A DNA stretch of 64,000 bases from Eledone cirrhosa (Eukaryota): contig OZ024744.1 of NCBI GenBank assembly GCA_964016885.1, positions 133,734,001 to 133,798,000 of the forward strand. The letters are read 5' to 3'. Under the pieces are notes generated by a model that worked only from the letters and a program-made list of their open reading frames with translations, did not search any database and was not told the DNA's origin. Positions 38,601 through 51,189 of this stretch are shown piece by piece. Position 1 is the first letter of the stretch; each line of letters starts with the position of its first letter. Position numbers and translations under genes: made by a program.

Positions 38601-41600
38601 GGTTAAGTTAAGTTGGGGTTAAGTTAAGATGGGGTTAAGTTAAGTTGGGGTTAAGTTAAGTTGAGGTTAAGTTAAGTTGGGGTTAAATTAAGTTGGGGTT
38701 AAGTTAAGTTGGGGTTAATTTAAGTTGGGGTTAAGTTAAGTTGAGGATAAGTTAAGTTGGGGATAATTTAAGTTGGGGTTAAGTTAAGTTGGGTTTAAGT
38801 TAAGTTGGGGTTAAGTTAAGTTGGGGTTAAGTTAAGTTGGGGTTAAGTTAAGTTGGGGTTAAGTTAAGTTGGGGTTAAGTTAAGTTGGAGCTAAGTTAAG
38901 TTGGGGCTGAGTTAAGTTGGGGTTAAGTTAAGCTGGGGTTAAGTTAAGTTGGGGTTAAGTTAAGTTGGGGTTTATTTAAGTTGGGGTTAAATTAAGTTGG
39001 GGTTCAGTTAAGTTGGGGTTAAGATAAGTTGGGGTTAAGATGGGGTTAAATTAAGTTGGGGTTAAGTTAAGTTGGGGTTAAGTTAAGTTGGGGCTAAGTT
39101 AAGTTGGGGCTAAGTTAAGTTGGGGTTAAGTTAAGTCGGGGTTAAGTTAAGTTGGGGTTAAGTTAAGTTGAGGTTAATTTAATTTGGGGTTAAGTTAAGT
39201 TGGGGTTAAGTTAAGTTGGGGCTAAGTTAAGTTGGGGTTAAGTTAAGTTGGGTTTAAGTTAAGTTGGGGTTAAGTTAAGTTGGGGTCAAGTTAAGTTGGG
39301 GTTAAGTTAAGTTGGTTAGTTAAGTTGAGTTTAAGTTAAGTTGGGGTTAATTTAAGTTGGGGTTAAGTTAAGTTGGGGTTAAGTTAAGTTGGGGTTAAGT
39401 TAAGTTGGGGTTAAGTTAAGTTGGGGTTAAGTTAAGTCGGGGTTAATTTAAGTCGGGGTTAAGTTAAGTTAGGGTTCAGTTAAGTTGGGGTTAAGTTAAG
39501 TTGGGGTTGAGTTAAGTTGGGGTTGAGTTAAATTGGCGTTGAGTTAAGTTGCGGTTGAGTTAAGTTGGTGTTGAGTTAAGTTGGGGTTAAGTTAAGTTGG
39601 GGTTAAGTTAAGTTGCAGTTAAGTTAAGTTGAGGTTAAGTTAAGGTGGGGTTAAGTTAAGTCGGGGTTAAGTTAAGTTGTGGTTGAGTTAAGTTGGGGTT
39701 AATTTAAGTTGGGGCTAAGTTAATTTGTGGTTAAGTTAAGTTGGGGTTAAGTTAAGTTGGGGTTAAGTTAAGTTGGGGTTGAGTTAAGTTGGGGTTGAGT
39801 TAATTTGGGGTTAAGTTAAGTTGGGGTTAAGTTAAGTTGGGTTTAAGTTAAGTTGGGGTTAAATTAAGTTGGGGTTAAATTAAGGTGGGGTTAAGTTAAG
39901 TTGGGGGTAAGTTAAGTTGGGGGCAAGTTAAGTTGGGGTTAATTTAAGTTGGGGTTAAATTAAGTTGGGGTTACGTTAAGTTGGTGTTAAGTTAAGTTGG
40001 GGTTAATTTAAGTTGGGGTTAATTAAGTAGGGGTTAAGTTAAGTTGGGGTTAAGTTAAGTTGGGGTTAATTTAAGTTGGGGTTGAGTTAAGTTGGGGTTG
40101 AGTTAAATTGGGGTTGAGTTAAGTTGGGGTTGAGTTAAGTTGGTTTTGAGTTAAGTTGGGGTTAAGTTAAGTTGGGGTTAAGTTAAGTTGCAGTTAAGTT
40201 AAGTTGAGGTTAAGTTAAGGTGCGGTTAAGTTAAGTTGGGGTTAAGTTAAGTTGGGGCTAAGTTAAGTTGGGGCTAAGTTAAGTTGGGGCTAAGTTAAGT
40301 TGGGGTTAAGTTAAGTTGAGGTTAATTTAATTTGGGGTTAAGTTGGGGTTAAGTTAAGTTGGGGTTAAGTTAAGTTGGGGTTAAGTTAAGTTGGGTTTAA
40401 GTTAAGTTGGGGTTAAGTTAAGTTGGGGTCAAGTTAAGTTGGGGTTAAGTTAAGTTGGTTAGTTAAGTTGAGTTTAAGTTAAGTTGGGGTTAATTTAAGT
40501 TGGGGTTAAGTTAAGTTGGGGTTAAGTTAAGTTGGGGTTAAGTTAAGTTGGGGTTAAGTTAAGTCGGGGTTAATTTAAGTCGGGGTTAAGTTAAGTTGGG
40601 GTTGAGTTAAGTTGGGGTTGAGTTAAATTGGCGTTGAGTTAAGTTGGGGTTGAGTTAAGTTGGTGTTTAGTTAAGTTGGGGTTAAGTTAAGTTGGGGTTA
40701 AGTTAAGTTGCAGTTAAGTTAAGTTGAGGTTAAGTTAAGGTGGTTAGTTAAGTTGAGTTTAAGTTAAGTTGGGGTTAATTTAAGTTGGGGTTAAGTTAAG
40801 TTGGGGTTAAGTTAAGTTGGGGTTAAGTTAAGTCGGGGTTAAGTTAAGTTGTGGTTGAGTTAAGTTGGGGTTAATTTAAGTTGGGGCTAAGTTAATTTGT
40901 GGTTAAGTTAAGTTGGGGTTACGTTAAGTTGGGGTTAAGTTAAGTTGGGGTTGAGTTAAGTTGGGGTTGAGTTAATTTGGGGTTAAGTTAAGTTGGGGTT
41001 AAGTTAAGTTGGGTTTAAGTTAAGTTGGGGTTAAATTAAGTTGGGGTTAAATTAAGTTGGGGTTAAGTTAAGTTGGGGGTAAGTTAAGTTGGGGGCAAGT
41101 AAGTTGGGGTTAATTTAAGTTGGGGTTAAATTAAGTTGGGGTTACGTTAAGTTGGTGTTAAGTTAAGTTGGGGTTAATTTAAGTTGGGGTTAATTAAGTT
41201 GGGGTTAAGTTAAGTTGGGGTTAAGTTAAGTTGGGGTTAATTTAAGTTGGGGTTGAGTTAAGTTGGGGTTCAGTTAAGTTGGGGATAAGTTAAGTTGGGG
41301 TTAAGTTAAGTTGGGGTTAAGTTAAGTTGGGGTTAAGTTAAGTTGGTGTTAAGTTAAGTTGGGGCTAAGTTAAGTTGGGGCTGAGTTAAGTTGGGGCTGA
41401 GTTAAGTTGGGGTTAAGTTAAGTTGGGGTTGAGTTAAGTTGGGGTTAAGTTAAGTTGGGGTCAAGTTAAGTTGGGGTTAAGTTGGGGTTAAGTTAAGTTA
41501 GGTTTAAGTTAAGTTGGGGTTAAGTTAAGTTGGGGTTAAGTTAAGTTGGGGTTAAGTTAAGTTGGGGTTAAGTTAAGTTGGGGTTAAGTTAATTTGTGGT

Positions 41601-43650
41601 TAAGTTAAGTTGGGGTTAAGTTAAGTTGGGGTTAAGTTAAGTTGGGGTTAAGTTAAGTCGGGGTTAAGTTAAGTTGGGGTTAAGCTAAGTTGGGGTTAAT
41701 TTAAGTTGGGGTTAAGTTAAGTTGGGGCTAAGTTAAGTTGAGGTTAAGTTAAGTTGGGGTTAAATTAAGTTGGGGTTAAGTTAAGTTGGGGTTTATTTAA
41801 GTTGGGGTTAATTAAGTTGGGGTTAAGTTAAGTTGGGGTTAATTTAAGTTGGGGTTGAGTTAAGTTGGGGTTAAGTTAAGTTGGGGTTATATTAAGTTGG
41901 GGTTAAGTTAAGTTGGGGTTCAGTTAAGTTGGGTATGAGTTAAGTTGGGGTTAAGTTAAGTTGGGGTTAAGTTAAGTTGGGGTTAATTAAGTTGGGGTTA
42001 AGTTAAGTTGGGGTTAATTTAAGTTGGGGTTGAGTTAAGTTGGGGTTAAGTTAAGTTGGGGTTATATTAAGTTGGGGTTAAGTTAAGTTGGGGTTCAGTT
42101 AAGTTGGGTATAAGTTAAGTTGGGGTTAAGTTAAGTTGGGGTTAAGTTAAGTTGGGGTTAAGTTAAGTTGGTGTTAAGTTAAGTTGGGGCTAAGTTAAGT
42201 TGGGGCTGAGTTAAGTTGGGGCTGAGTTAAGTTGGGGTTAAGTTAAGTTGGGGTCAAGCTAAGTTGGGGTTAAGTTGGGGTTAAGTTAAGTTAGGTTTAA
42301 GTTAAGTTGGGGTTAAGTTAAGTTGGGGTTAAGTTAAGTTGGGGTTAAGTTAAGTTGGGGTTAAGTTAAGTTGGGGTTAAGTTAATTTCTGGTTAAGTTA
42401 AGTTGGGGTTAAGGTAAGTTGGGGTTAAGTTAAGTTGGGGTTAAGTTAAGTCGGGGTTAAGTTAAGTTGGGGTTAATTTAAGTTGGGGTTAATTTAAGTT
42501 GGGGTTAAGTTAAGTTGGGGTCAAGTTAAGTTGGGGTTAAGTTGGGGTTAAGTTAAGTTAGGTTTAAGTTAAGTTGGGGTTAAGTTAAGTTGGGGTTGAG
42601 TTAAGTTGGGCTTAAATTAAGTTGGGGTTAAGTTAAGTTGGGGTTAAGTTAATTTGTGGTTAAGTTAAGTTAGGGTTAAGTTAAGTTGGGGTTAAGTTGA
42701 GTTGGGGTTAAGTTAAGTCGGGGTTAAGTTAAGTTGGGGTTAAGTTAAGTTGGGGTTAATTTAAGTTGGGGTTGAATTAAGTTGGGGTTAAGTTAAGTTG
42801 GGGTTAAATTAAGTTGGGGTTAAGTTAAGTTGGGGTTAAGTCAAGTTGGGGTTAAGTTAAGTTGGGGATAAGTTAAGTTGGGGATAATTTAAGTTGGGGT
42901 TAAGTTAAGTTGGGTTTAAGTTAAGTTGGGGTTAAGTTAAGTTGGGGTTAAGTTAAGTTGGGGTTAAGTTAAGTTGGGGTTAAGTTAAGTTGGGGTTAAG
43001 TTAAGTTGGGGCTAAGTTAAGTTGGGGCTGAGTTAAGTTGGGGTTAAGTTAAGTTGGGCTTAATTTAAGTCGGGGTTAAGTTAAGTTAGGGTTCAGTTAA
43101 GTTGGGGTTAAGTTAAGTTGGGGTTGAGTTAAGTTGGGGTTGAGTTAAATTGGGGTTGAGTTAAGTTGGGGTTGAGTTAAGTTGGTGTTGAGTTAAGTTG
43201 GGGTTAATTTAAGTTGGGGTTAAGTTAAGGTGCGGTTAAGTTAAGTTGGGGTTAAGTTAAGTTGGGGCTAAGTTAAGTTGGGGCTAAGTTAAGTTGGGGC
43301 TAAGTTAAGTTGGGGTTAAGTTAAGTTGGGGTTAAGTTAAGTCGGGGTTAAGTTAAGTTGGGGTTAAGTTAAGTTGGGGTTAATTTAAGTTGGGGTTAAG
43401 TTAAGTCGGGGTTAAGTTAAGTTGGGGTTAAGTTAAGTTGGGGTTAAGTTAAGTTGGGTTTAAGTTAAGTTGGGGTTAAGTTAAGTTGGGGTTAAGTTAA
43501 GTTGGGGTTAAGTTAAGTTGGTTAGTTAAGTTGAGTTTAAGTTAAGTTGGGGTTAATTTAAGTTGGGGTTAAGTTATGTTGGGGTTAAGTTAAGTTGGGG
43601 TTAAGTTAAGTTGGGGTTAAGTTAAGTTGGGGTTAAGTTAAGTTGGGGTT

Positions 43651-43823
43651 AACCCCAACTTAACTTAACCCCAACTTCACTCAACCCCAACGTAACTCAA
43701 CCCCAACTTAACTTAACCCCAACTTCACTCAACCCCAACTTAACTTAACCCCAACTTCACTCAACCCCAACTTCCAACTTGACTTAACCCCAACTTAACT
43801 TAGCCCCAACTTAACTTAAGCCC
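43651..43823 (-). repeat. Inverted 173-bp satellite cassette, copy 5 (type B)
   Basis: Same junctions and internal variants as copies 3 and 4. Confidence 0.97.
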
Positions 43824-46800
43824 TAAGTCGGGGTTAAGTTAAGTTGGCGTTAAGTTAAGTTAGGCTTAACTTAAGTTGGGGTTCAGTTAAGTTGGGGGTA
43901 AGTTAAGTTGGGGGTAAGTTAAGGTGGGGTTAAGTTAAGTTGCGGTTAAGTTGGGGTTAAGTTAAGTTAGGGTTAAGTTAAGTTGGGGTTGAGTTAAGTT
44001 GGGGTTAATTAAGTGGTGGTTATGTTAAGTTGGGGTTAAGTTAAGTTGGGGTTAATTTAAATTGGGGTTAAGTTAACTTTGTGGTTAAGTTAAGTTGGGG
44101 TTAAGTTAAGTTGGGGTTAAGTTGGGGTTGAGTTAAGTTGGGGTTGAGTGAAGTTGGGGTTAAGTTAAGTTGGGGTTAAGTTTAGTCGGGGTTAAGTTAA
44201 GTTGTGGTTGATTTAAGTTGGGGTTAATTTAAGTTGGGGCTAAGTTTATTTGTGGTTAAGTTAAGTTGGGGTTAAGTTAAGTTGGGGTTAAGTTAAGTTG
44301 GGGTTGAGTTAAGTTGGGGTTGAGTTAATTTGGGGTTAAGTTAAGTTGGGGTTAAGTTAAGTTGGGTTTAAGTTAAGTTGGGGTTAAATTAAGTTGGGGT
44401 TAAATTAAGTTGGGGTTAAGTTAAGTTGGGGGTAAGTTAATTTGGGGGCAAGTTAAGTTGGGGTTAATTTAAGTTGGGGTTAAATTAAGTTGGGGTTACG
44501 TTAAGTTGGTGTTAAGTTAATTTGGGGTTAATTTAAGTTGGGGTTAATTAAGTTGGGGTTAAGTTAAGTTGGGGTTAAGTTAAGTTGGGGTTAATTTAAG
44601 TTGGGGTTGAGTTAAGTTGGGGTTAAGTTAATTTGGGGTTATATTAAGTTGGGGTTAAGTTAAGTTGGGGTTCAGTTAAGTTGGGGATAAGTTAAGTTGG
44701 GGTTAAGTTAAGTTGGGGTTAAGTTAAGGTGGGGTTAAGTTAAGTTGGTGTTGAGTTAAGTTGGGGCTAAGTTAAGTTGGGGCTGAGTTAAGTTGGGGCT
44801 GAGTTAAGTTGGGGTTAAGTTAAGTTGGGGTTGAGTTAAGTTGGGGTTAAGTTAAGTTGGGGTCAAGTTAAGTTGGGGTTACGTTGGGGTTAAGTTAAGT
44901 TGGGGTTAAGTTAAGTTGGGGTTAAGTTAATTTGTGGTTAAGTTAAGTTGGGGTTAAGTTAAGTTGGGGTTAAGTTAAGTTGGGGTTAAGTTAAGTCGGG
45001 GTTAAGTTAAGTTGGGGTTAAGTTAAGTTGGGGTTAATTTAAGTTGGGGTTAAGTTAAGTTGGGGTTAAGTTAAGTTGGGGTTAAGTTAAGATGGGGTTA
45101 AGTTAAGTTGGGGTTAAGTTAAGTTGAGGTTAAGTTAAGTTGGGGTTAAATTAAGTTGGGGTTAAGTTAAGTTGGGGTTAAGTTAAGTTGGGGTTAAGTT
45201 AAGTTGGGGATAATTTAAGTTGGGGATAATTTAAGTTGGGGTTAAGTTAAGTTGGGTTTAAGTTAAGTTGGGGTTAAGTTAAGTTGGGGTTAAATTAAGT
45301 TGGGGTTAAGTTAAGTTGGGGTTAAGTTAAGTTGGGGCTAAGTTAAGTTGGTGTTAAGTTAAGTTGGGGCTAAGTTAAGTTGGGGCTGAGTTAAGTTGGG
45401 GCTGAGTTAAGTTGGGGTTAAGTTAAGTTGGGGTTGAGTTAAGTTGGGGTTAAGTTAAGTTGGGGTCAAGTTAAGTTGGGGTTAAGTTGGGGTTAAGTTA
45501 AGTTAGGTTTAAGTTAAGTTGGGGTTAAGTTAAGTTGGGGTTAAGTTAAGTTGGGGTTAAGTTAAGTTGGGGTTAAGTTAAGTTGGGGTTAAGTTAATTT
45601 GTGGTTAAGTTAAGTTGGGGTTAAGTTAAGTTGGGGTTAAGTTAAGTTGGGGTTAAGTTAAGTCGGGGTTAAGTTAAGTTGGGGTTAAGCTAAGTTGGGG
45701 TTAATTTAAGTTGGGGTTAAGTTAAGTTGGGGCTAAGTTAAGTTGAGGTTAAGTTAAGTTGGGGTTAAATTAAGTTGGGGTTAAGTTAAGTTGGGGTTAA
45801 GTTAAGTTGGGGTTAAGTTAAGTTGAGGTTAAGTTAAGTTGGGGTTAAATTAAGTTGGGGTTAAGTTAAGTTGGGCTTAAGTTAAGTTGGGTTTAATTTA
45901 AGTTGGGGTTAAGTTAAGTTGGGGATAAGTTAAGTTGGGGTTAAGTTAAGTTGGGGTTAAGTTAAGTTTGGGTTAAGTTAAGTTGGGGTTTATTTAAGTT
46001 GGGGTTAATTAAGTTGGGGTTAAGTTAAGTTGGGGTTAATTTAAGTTGGGGTTGAGTTAAGTTGGGGTTAAGTTAAGTTGGGGTTATATTAAGTTGGGGT
46101 TAAGTTAAGTTGGGGTTCAGTTAAGTTGGGTATGAGTTAAGTTGGGGTTAAGTTAAGTTGGGGTTAAGTTAAGTTGGGGTTAATTAAGTTGGGGTTAAGT
46201 TAAGTTGGGGTTAATTTAAGTTGGGGTTGAGTTAAGTTGGGGTTAAGTTAAGTTGGGGTTATATTAAGTTGGGGTTAAGTTAAGTTGGGGTTCAGTTAAG
46301 TTGGGTATAAGTTAAGTTGGGGTTAAGTTAAGTTGGGGTTAAGTTAAGTTGGGGTTAAGTTAAGTTGGTGTTAAGTTAAGTTGGGGCTAAGTTAAGTTGG
46401 GGCTGAGTTAAGTTGGGGCTGAGTTAAGTTGGGGTTAAGTTAAGTTGGGGTCAAGCTAAGTTGGGGTTAAGTTGGGGTTAAGTTAAGTTAGGTTTAAGTT
46501 AAGTTGGGGTTAAGTTAAGTTGGGGTTAAGTTAAGTTGGGGTTAAGTTAAGTTGGGGTTAAGTTAATTTCTGGTTAAGTTAAGTTGGGGTTAAGGTAAGT
46601 TGGGGTTAAGTTAAGTTGGGGTTAAGTTAAGTCGGGGTTAAGTTAAGTTGGGGTTAATTTAAGTTGGGGTTAATTTAAGTTGGGGTTAAGTTAAGTTGGG
46701 GTCAAGTTAAGTTGGGGTTAAGTTGGGGTTAAGTTAAGTTAGGTTTAAGTTAAGTTGGGGTTAAGTTAAGTTGGGGTTGAGTTAAGTTGGGCTTAAATTA

Positions 46801-47831
46801 AGTTGGGGTTAAGTTAAGTTGGGGTTAAGTTAATTTGTGGTTAAGTTAAGTTAGGGTTAAGTTAAGTTGGGGTTAAGTTGAGTTGGGGTTAAGTTAAGTC
46901 GGGGTTAAGTTAAGTTGGGGTTAAGTTAAGTTGGGGTTAATTTAAGTTGGGGTTGAATTAAGTTGGGGTTAAGTTAAGTTGGGGTTAAATTAAGTTGGGG
47001 TTAAGTTAAGTTGGGGTTAAGTCAAGTTGGGGTTAAGTTAAGTTGGGGATAAGTTAAGTTGGGGATAATTTAAGTTGGGGTTAAGTTAAGTTGGGTTTAA
47101 GTTAAGTTGGGGTTAAGTTAAGTTGGGGTTAAGTTAAGTTGGGGTTAAGTTAAGTTGGGGTTAAGTTAAGTTGGGGTTAAGTTAAGTTGGGGCTAAGTTA
47201 AGTTGGGGCTGAGTTAAGTTGGGGTTAAGTTAAGTTGGGCTTAATTTAAGTCGGGGTTAAGTTAAGTTAGGGTTCAGTTAAGTTGGGGTTAAGTTAAGTT
47301 GGGGTTGAGTTAAGTTGGGGTTGAGTTAAATTGGGGTTGAGTTAAGTTGGGGTTGAGTTAAGTTGGTGTTGAGTTAAGTTGGGGTTAATTTAAGTTGGGG
47401 TTAAGTTAAGGTGCGGTTAAGTTAAGTTGGGGTTAAGTTAAGTTGGGGCTAAGTTAAGTTGGGGCTAAGTTAAGTTGGGGCTAAGTTAAGTTGGGGTTAA
47501 GTTAAGTTGGGGTTAAGTTAAGTCGGGGTTAAGTTAAGTTGGGGTTAAGTTAAGTTGGGGTTAATTTAAGTTGGGGTTAAGTTAAGTCGGGGTTAAGTTA
47601 AGTTGGGGTTAAGTTAAGTTGGGGTTAAGTTAAGTTGGGTTTAAGTTAAGTTGGGGTTAAGTTAAGTTGGGGTTAAGTTAAGTTGGGGTTAAGTTAAGTT
47701 GGTTAGTTAAGTTGAGTTTAAGTTAAGTTGGGGTTAATTTAAGTTGGGGTTAAGTTATGTTGGGGTTAAGTTAAGTTGGGGTTAAGTTAAGTTGGGGTTA
47801 AGTTAAGTTGGGGTTAAGTTAAGTTGGGGTT

Positions 47832-48004
47832 AACCCCAACTTAACTTAACCCCAACGTAACTCAACCCCAACGTAACTCAACCCCAACTTAACTTAACCC
47901 CAACTTCACTCAACCCCAACTTAACTTAACCCCAACTTCACTCAACCCCAACTTCCAACTTGACTTAACCCCAACTTAACTTAGCCCCAACTTAACTTAA
48001 GCCC
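47832..48004 (-). repeat. Inverted 173-bp satellite cassette, copy 6 (type B, one monomer converted)
   Basis: Same junctions. The second monomer reads CCCCAACGTAACTCAA instead of CCCCAACTTCACTCAA. Confidence 0.97.
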
Positions 48005-51000
48005 TAAGTCGGGGTTAAGTTAAGTTGGCGTTAAGTTAAGTTAGGCTTAACTTAAGTTGGGGTTCAGTTAAGTTGGGGGTAAGTTAAGTTGGGGGTAAGT
48101 TAAGGTGGGGTTAAGTTAAGTTGCGGTTAAGTTGGGGTTAAGTTAAGTTAGGGTTAAGTTAAGTTGGGGTTGAGTTAAGTTGGGGTTAATTAAGTGGTGG
48201 TTATGTTAAGTTGGGGTTAAGTTAAGTTGGGGTTAATTTAAATTGGGGTTAAGTTAACTTTGTGGTTAAGTTAAGTTGGGGTTAAGTTAAGTTGGGGTTA
48301 AGTTGGGGTTGAGTTAAGTTGGGGTTGAGTGAAGTTGGGGTTAAGTTAAGTTGGGGTTAAGTTTAGTCGGGGTTAAGTTAAGTTGTGGTTGATTTAAGTT
48401 GGGGTTAATTTAAGTTGGGGCTAAGTTTATTTGTGGTTAAGTTAAGTTGGGGTTAAGTTAAGTTGGGGTTAAGTTAAGTTGGGGTTGAGTTAAGTTGGGG
48501 TTGAGTTAATTTGGGGTTAAGTTAAGTTGGGGTTAAGTTAAGTTGGGTTTAAGTTAAGTTGGGGTTAAATTAAGTTGGGGTTAAATTAAGTTGGGGTTAA
48601 GTTAAGTTGGGGGTAAGTTAATTTGGGGGCAAGTTAAGTTGGGGTTAATTTAAGTTGGGGTTAAATTAAGTTGGGGTTACGTTAAGTTGGTGTTAAGTTA
48701 ATTTGGGGTTAATTTAAGTTGGGGTTAATTAAGTTGGGGTTAAGTTAAGTTGGGGTTAAGTTAAGTTGGGGTTAATTTAAGTTGGGGTTGAGTTAAGTTG
48801 GGGTTAAGTTAATTTGGGGTTATATTAAGTTGGGGTTAAGTTAAGTTGGGGTTCAGTTAAGTTGGGGATAAGTTAAGTTGGGGTTAAGTTAAGTTGGGGT
48901 TAAGTTAAGGTGGGGTTAAGTTAAGTTGGTGTTGAGTTAAGTTGGGGCTAAGTTAAGTTGGGGCTGAGTTAAGTTGGGGCTGAGTTAAGTTGGGGTTAAG
49001 TTAAGTTGGGGTTGAGTTAAGTTGGGGTTAAGTTAAGTTGGGGTCAAGTTAAGTTGGGGTTACGTTGGGGTTAAGTTAAGTTGGGGTTAAGTTAAGTTGG
49101 GGTTAGTTAATTTGTGGTTAAGTTAAGTTGGGGTTAAGTTAAGTTGGGGTTAAGTTAAGTTGGGGTTAAGTTAAGTCGGGGTTAAGTTAAGTTGGGGTTA
49201 AGTTAAGTTGGGGTTAATTTAAGTTGGGGTTAAGTTAAGTTGGGGTTAAGTTAAGTTGGGGTTAAGTTAAGATGGGGTTAAGTTAAGTTGGGGTTAAGTT
49301 AAGTTGAGGTTAAGTTAAGTTGGGGTTAAATTAAGTTGGGGTTAAGTTAAGTTGGGGTTAAGTTAAGTTGGGGTTAAGTTAAGTTGGGGATAATTTAAGT
49401 TGGGGATAATTTAAGTTGGGGTTAAGTTAAGTTGGGTTTAAGTTAAGTTGGGGTTAAGTTAAGTTGGGGTTAAATTAAGTTGGGGTTAAGTTAAGTTGGG
49501 GTTAAGTTAAGTTGGGGCTAAGTTAAGTTGGGGCTGAGTTAAGTTGGGGTTAAGTTAAGTTGGGGTTAAGTTAAGTTGGGGTTAAGTTAAGTTGGGGTTT
49601 ATATAAGTTGGGGTTAAGTTAAGTTGGGGTTCAGTTAAGTTGGGGTTAAGTTAAGTTGGGGTTAAGATGGGGTTAAATTAAGTTGGGGTTAAGTTAAGTT
49701 GGGGTTAAGTTAAGTTGGGGTTAAGTTAAGTTGGGGTTAAGTTAAGTCGGGGTTAAGTTAAGTCGGGGTTAAGTTAAGTTAGGGTTCAGTTAAGTTGGGG
49801 TTAAATTAAGTTGGGGTTGAGTTAAGTTGGGGTTGAGTTAAATTGGGGTTGAGTTAAGTTGGGGTTGAGTTAAGTTGGTGTTGAGTTAAGTTGGGGTTAA
49901 GTTAAGTTGGGGTTAAGTTAAGTTGCAGTTAAGTTAAGTTGAGGTTAAGTTAAGGTGGGGTTAAGTTAAGTCGGGGTTAAGTTAAGTTGTGGTTGAGTTA
50001 AGTTGGGGTTAATTTAAGTTGGGGCTAAGTTAATTTGTGGTTAAGTTAATTTGGGGTTAAGTTAAGTTGGGGTTGAGTTAAGTTGGGGTTGAGTTAATTT
50101 GGGGTTAAGTTAAGTTGGGGTTAATTTAAGTTGGGTTTAAGTTAATTTGGGCTTAAATTAAGTTGGGGTTAAATTAAGTTGGGGTTAAGTTAAGTTGGGG
50201 GTAAGTTAAGTTGGGGGCAAGTTAAGTTGGGGTTAATTTAAGTTGGGGTTAAATTAAGTTGGGGTTACGTTAAGTTGGTGTTAAGTTAAGTTGGGGTTAA
50301 TTTAAGTTGGGGTTAATTAAGTTGGGGTTAAGTTAAGTTGGGGTTAAGTTAAGTTGGGGTTAATTTAAGTTGGGGTTGAGTTAAGTTGGGGTTAAGTTAA
50401 GTTGGGGTTATATTAAGTTGGGGTTAAGTTAAGTTGGGGTTCAGTTAAGTTGGGGATAGGTTAAGTTGGGGTTAAGTTAAGTTGGGGCTAAGTTAAGTTG
50501 GGGCTGAGTTAAGTTGGGGCTGAGTTAAGTTGGGGTTAAGTTAAGTTGGGGTTGAGTTAAGTTGGGGTTAAGTTAAGTTGGGGTCAAGTTAAGTTGGGGT
50601 TAAGTTGGGGTTAAGTTAAGTTAGGTTTAAGTTAAGTTGGGGTTAAGTTAAGTTGGGGTTAAGTTAAGTTGGGGTTAAGTTAAGTTGGGGTTAAGTTAAG
50701 TTGGGGTTAAGTTAATTTGTGGTTAAGTTAAGTTGGGGTTAAGTTAAGTTGGGGTTAAATTAAGTTGGGGTTAAGTTAAGTTGGGGTTAAGTTAAGTTGG
50801 GGTTAAGTTAAGTTGGGGATAAGTTAAGTTGGGGATAATTTAAGTTGGGGTTAAGTTAAGTTGGGTTTAAGTTAAGTTGGGGTTAAGTTAAGTTGGGGAT
50901 AAGTTAAGTTGGGGTTAAGTTAAGTTGGGGTTAAGTTAAGTTGAGGCTAAGTTAAGTTGGGGCTGAGTTAAGTTGGGGTTAAGTTAAGTTGGGGTTAAGT

Positions 51001-51189
51001 TAAGTTGGGGTTAATTTAAGTTGGGGTTTATTTAAGTTGGGGTTACGTTAAGTTGGTGTTAAGTTAAGTTGGGGTTAATTTAAGTTGGGGTTAATTAAGT
51101 TGGGGTTAAGTTAAGTTGGGGTTAAGTTAAGATGGGGTTAATTTAAATTGGGATTGAGTTAAGTTGGGGTTAAGTTAAGTTGGGGTTAA

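Larger units (their letters stand above)
41340..49525 (+). repeat. Tandem duplication of a block of about 4.2 kb (copy 1 about 41340-45345, copy 2 about 45346-49525)
   Basis: Markers at +4181: GGGCTTAAATT 42611/46792, inverted cassettes 43651/47832, TAAGTTTATTTGTGG 44241/48422. GGGTATGAG 41934/46131 is at +4197, one monomer different. Confidence 0.85.
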
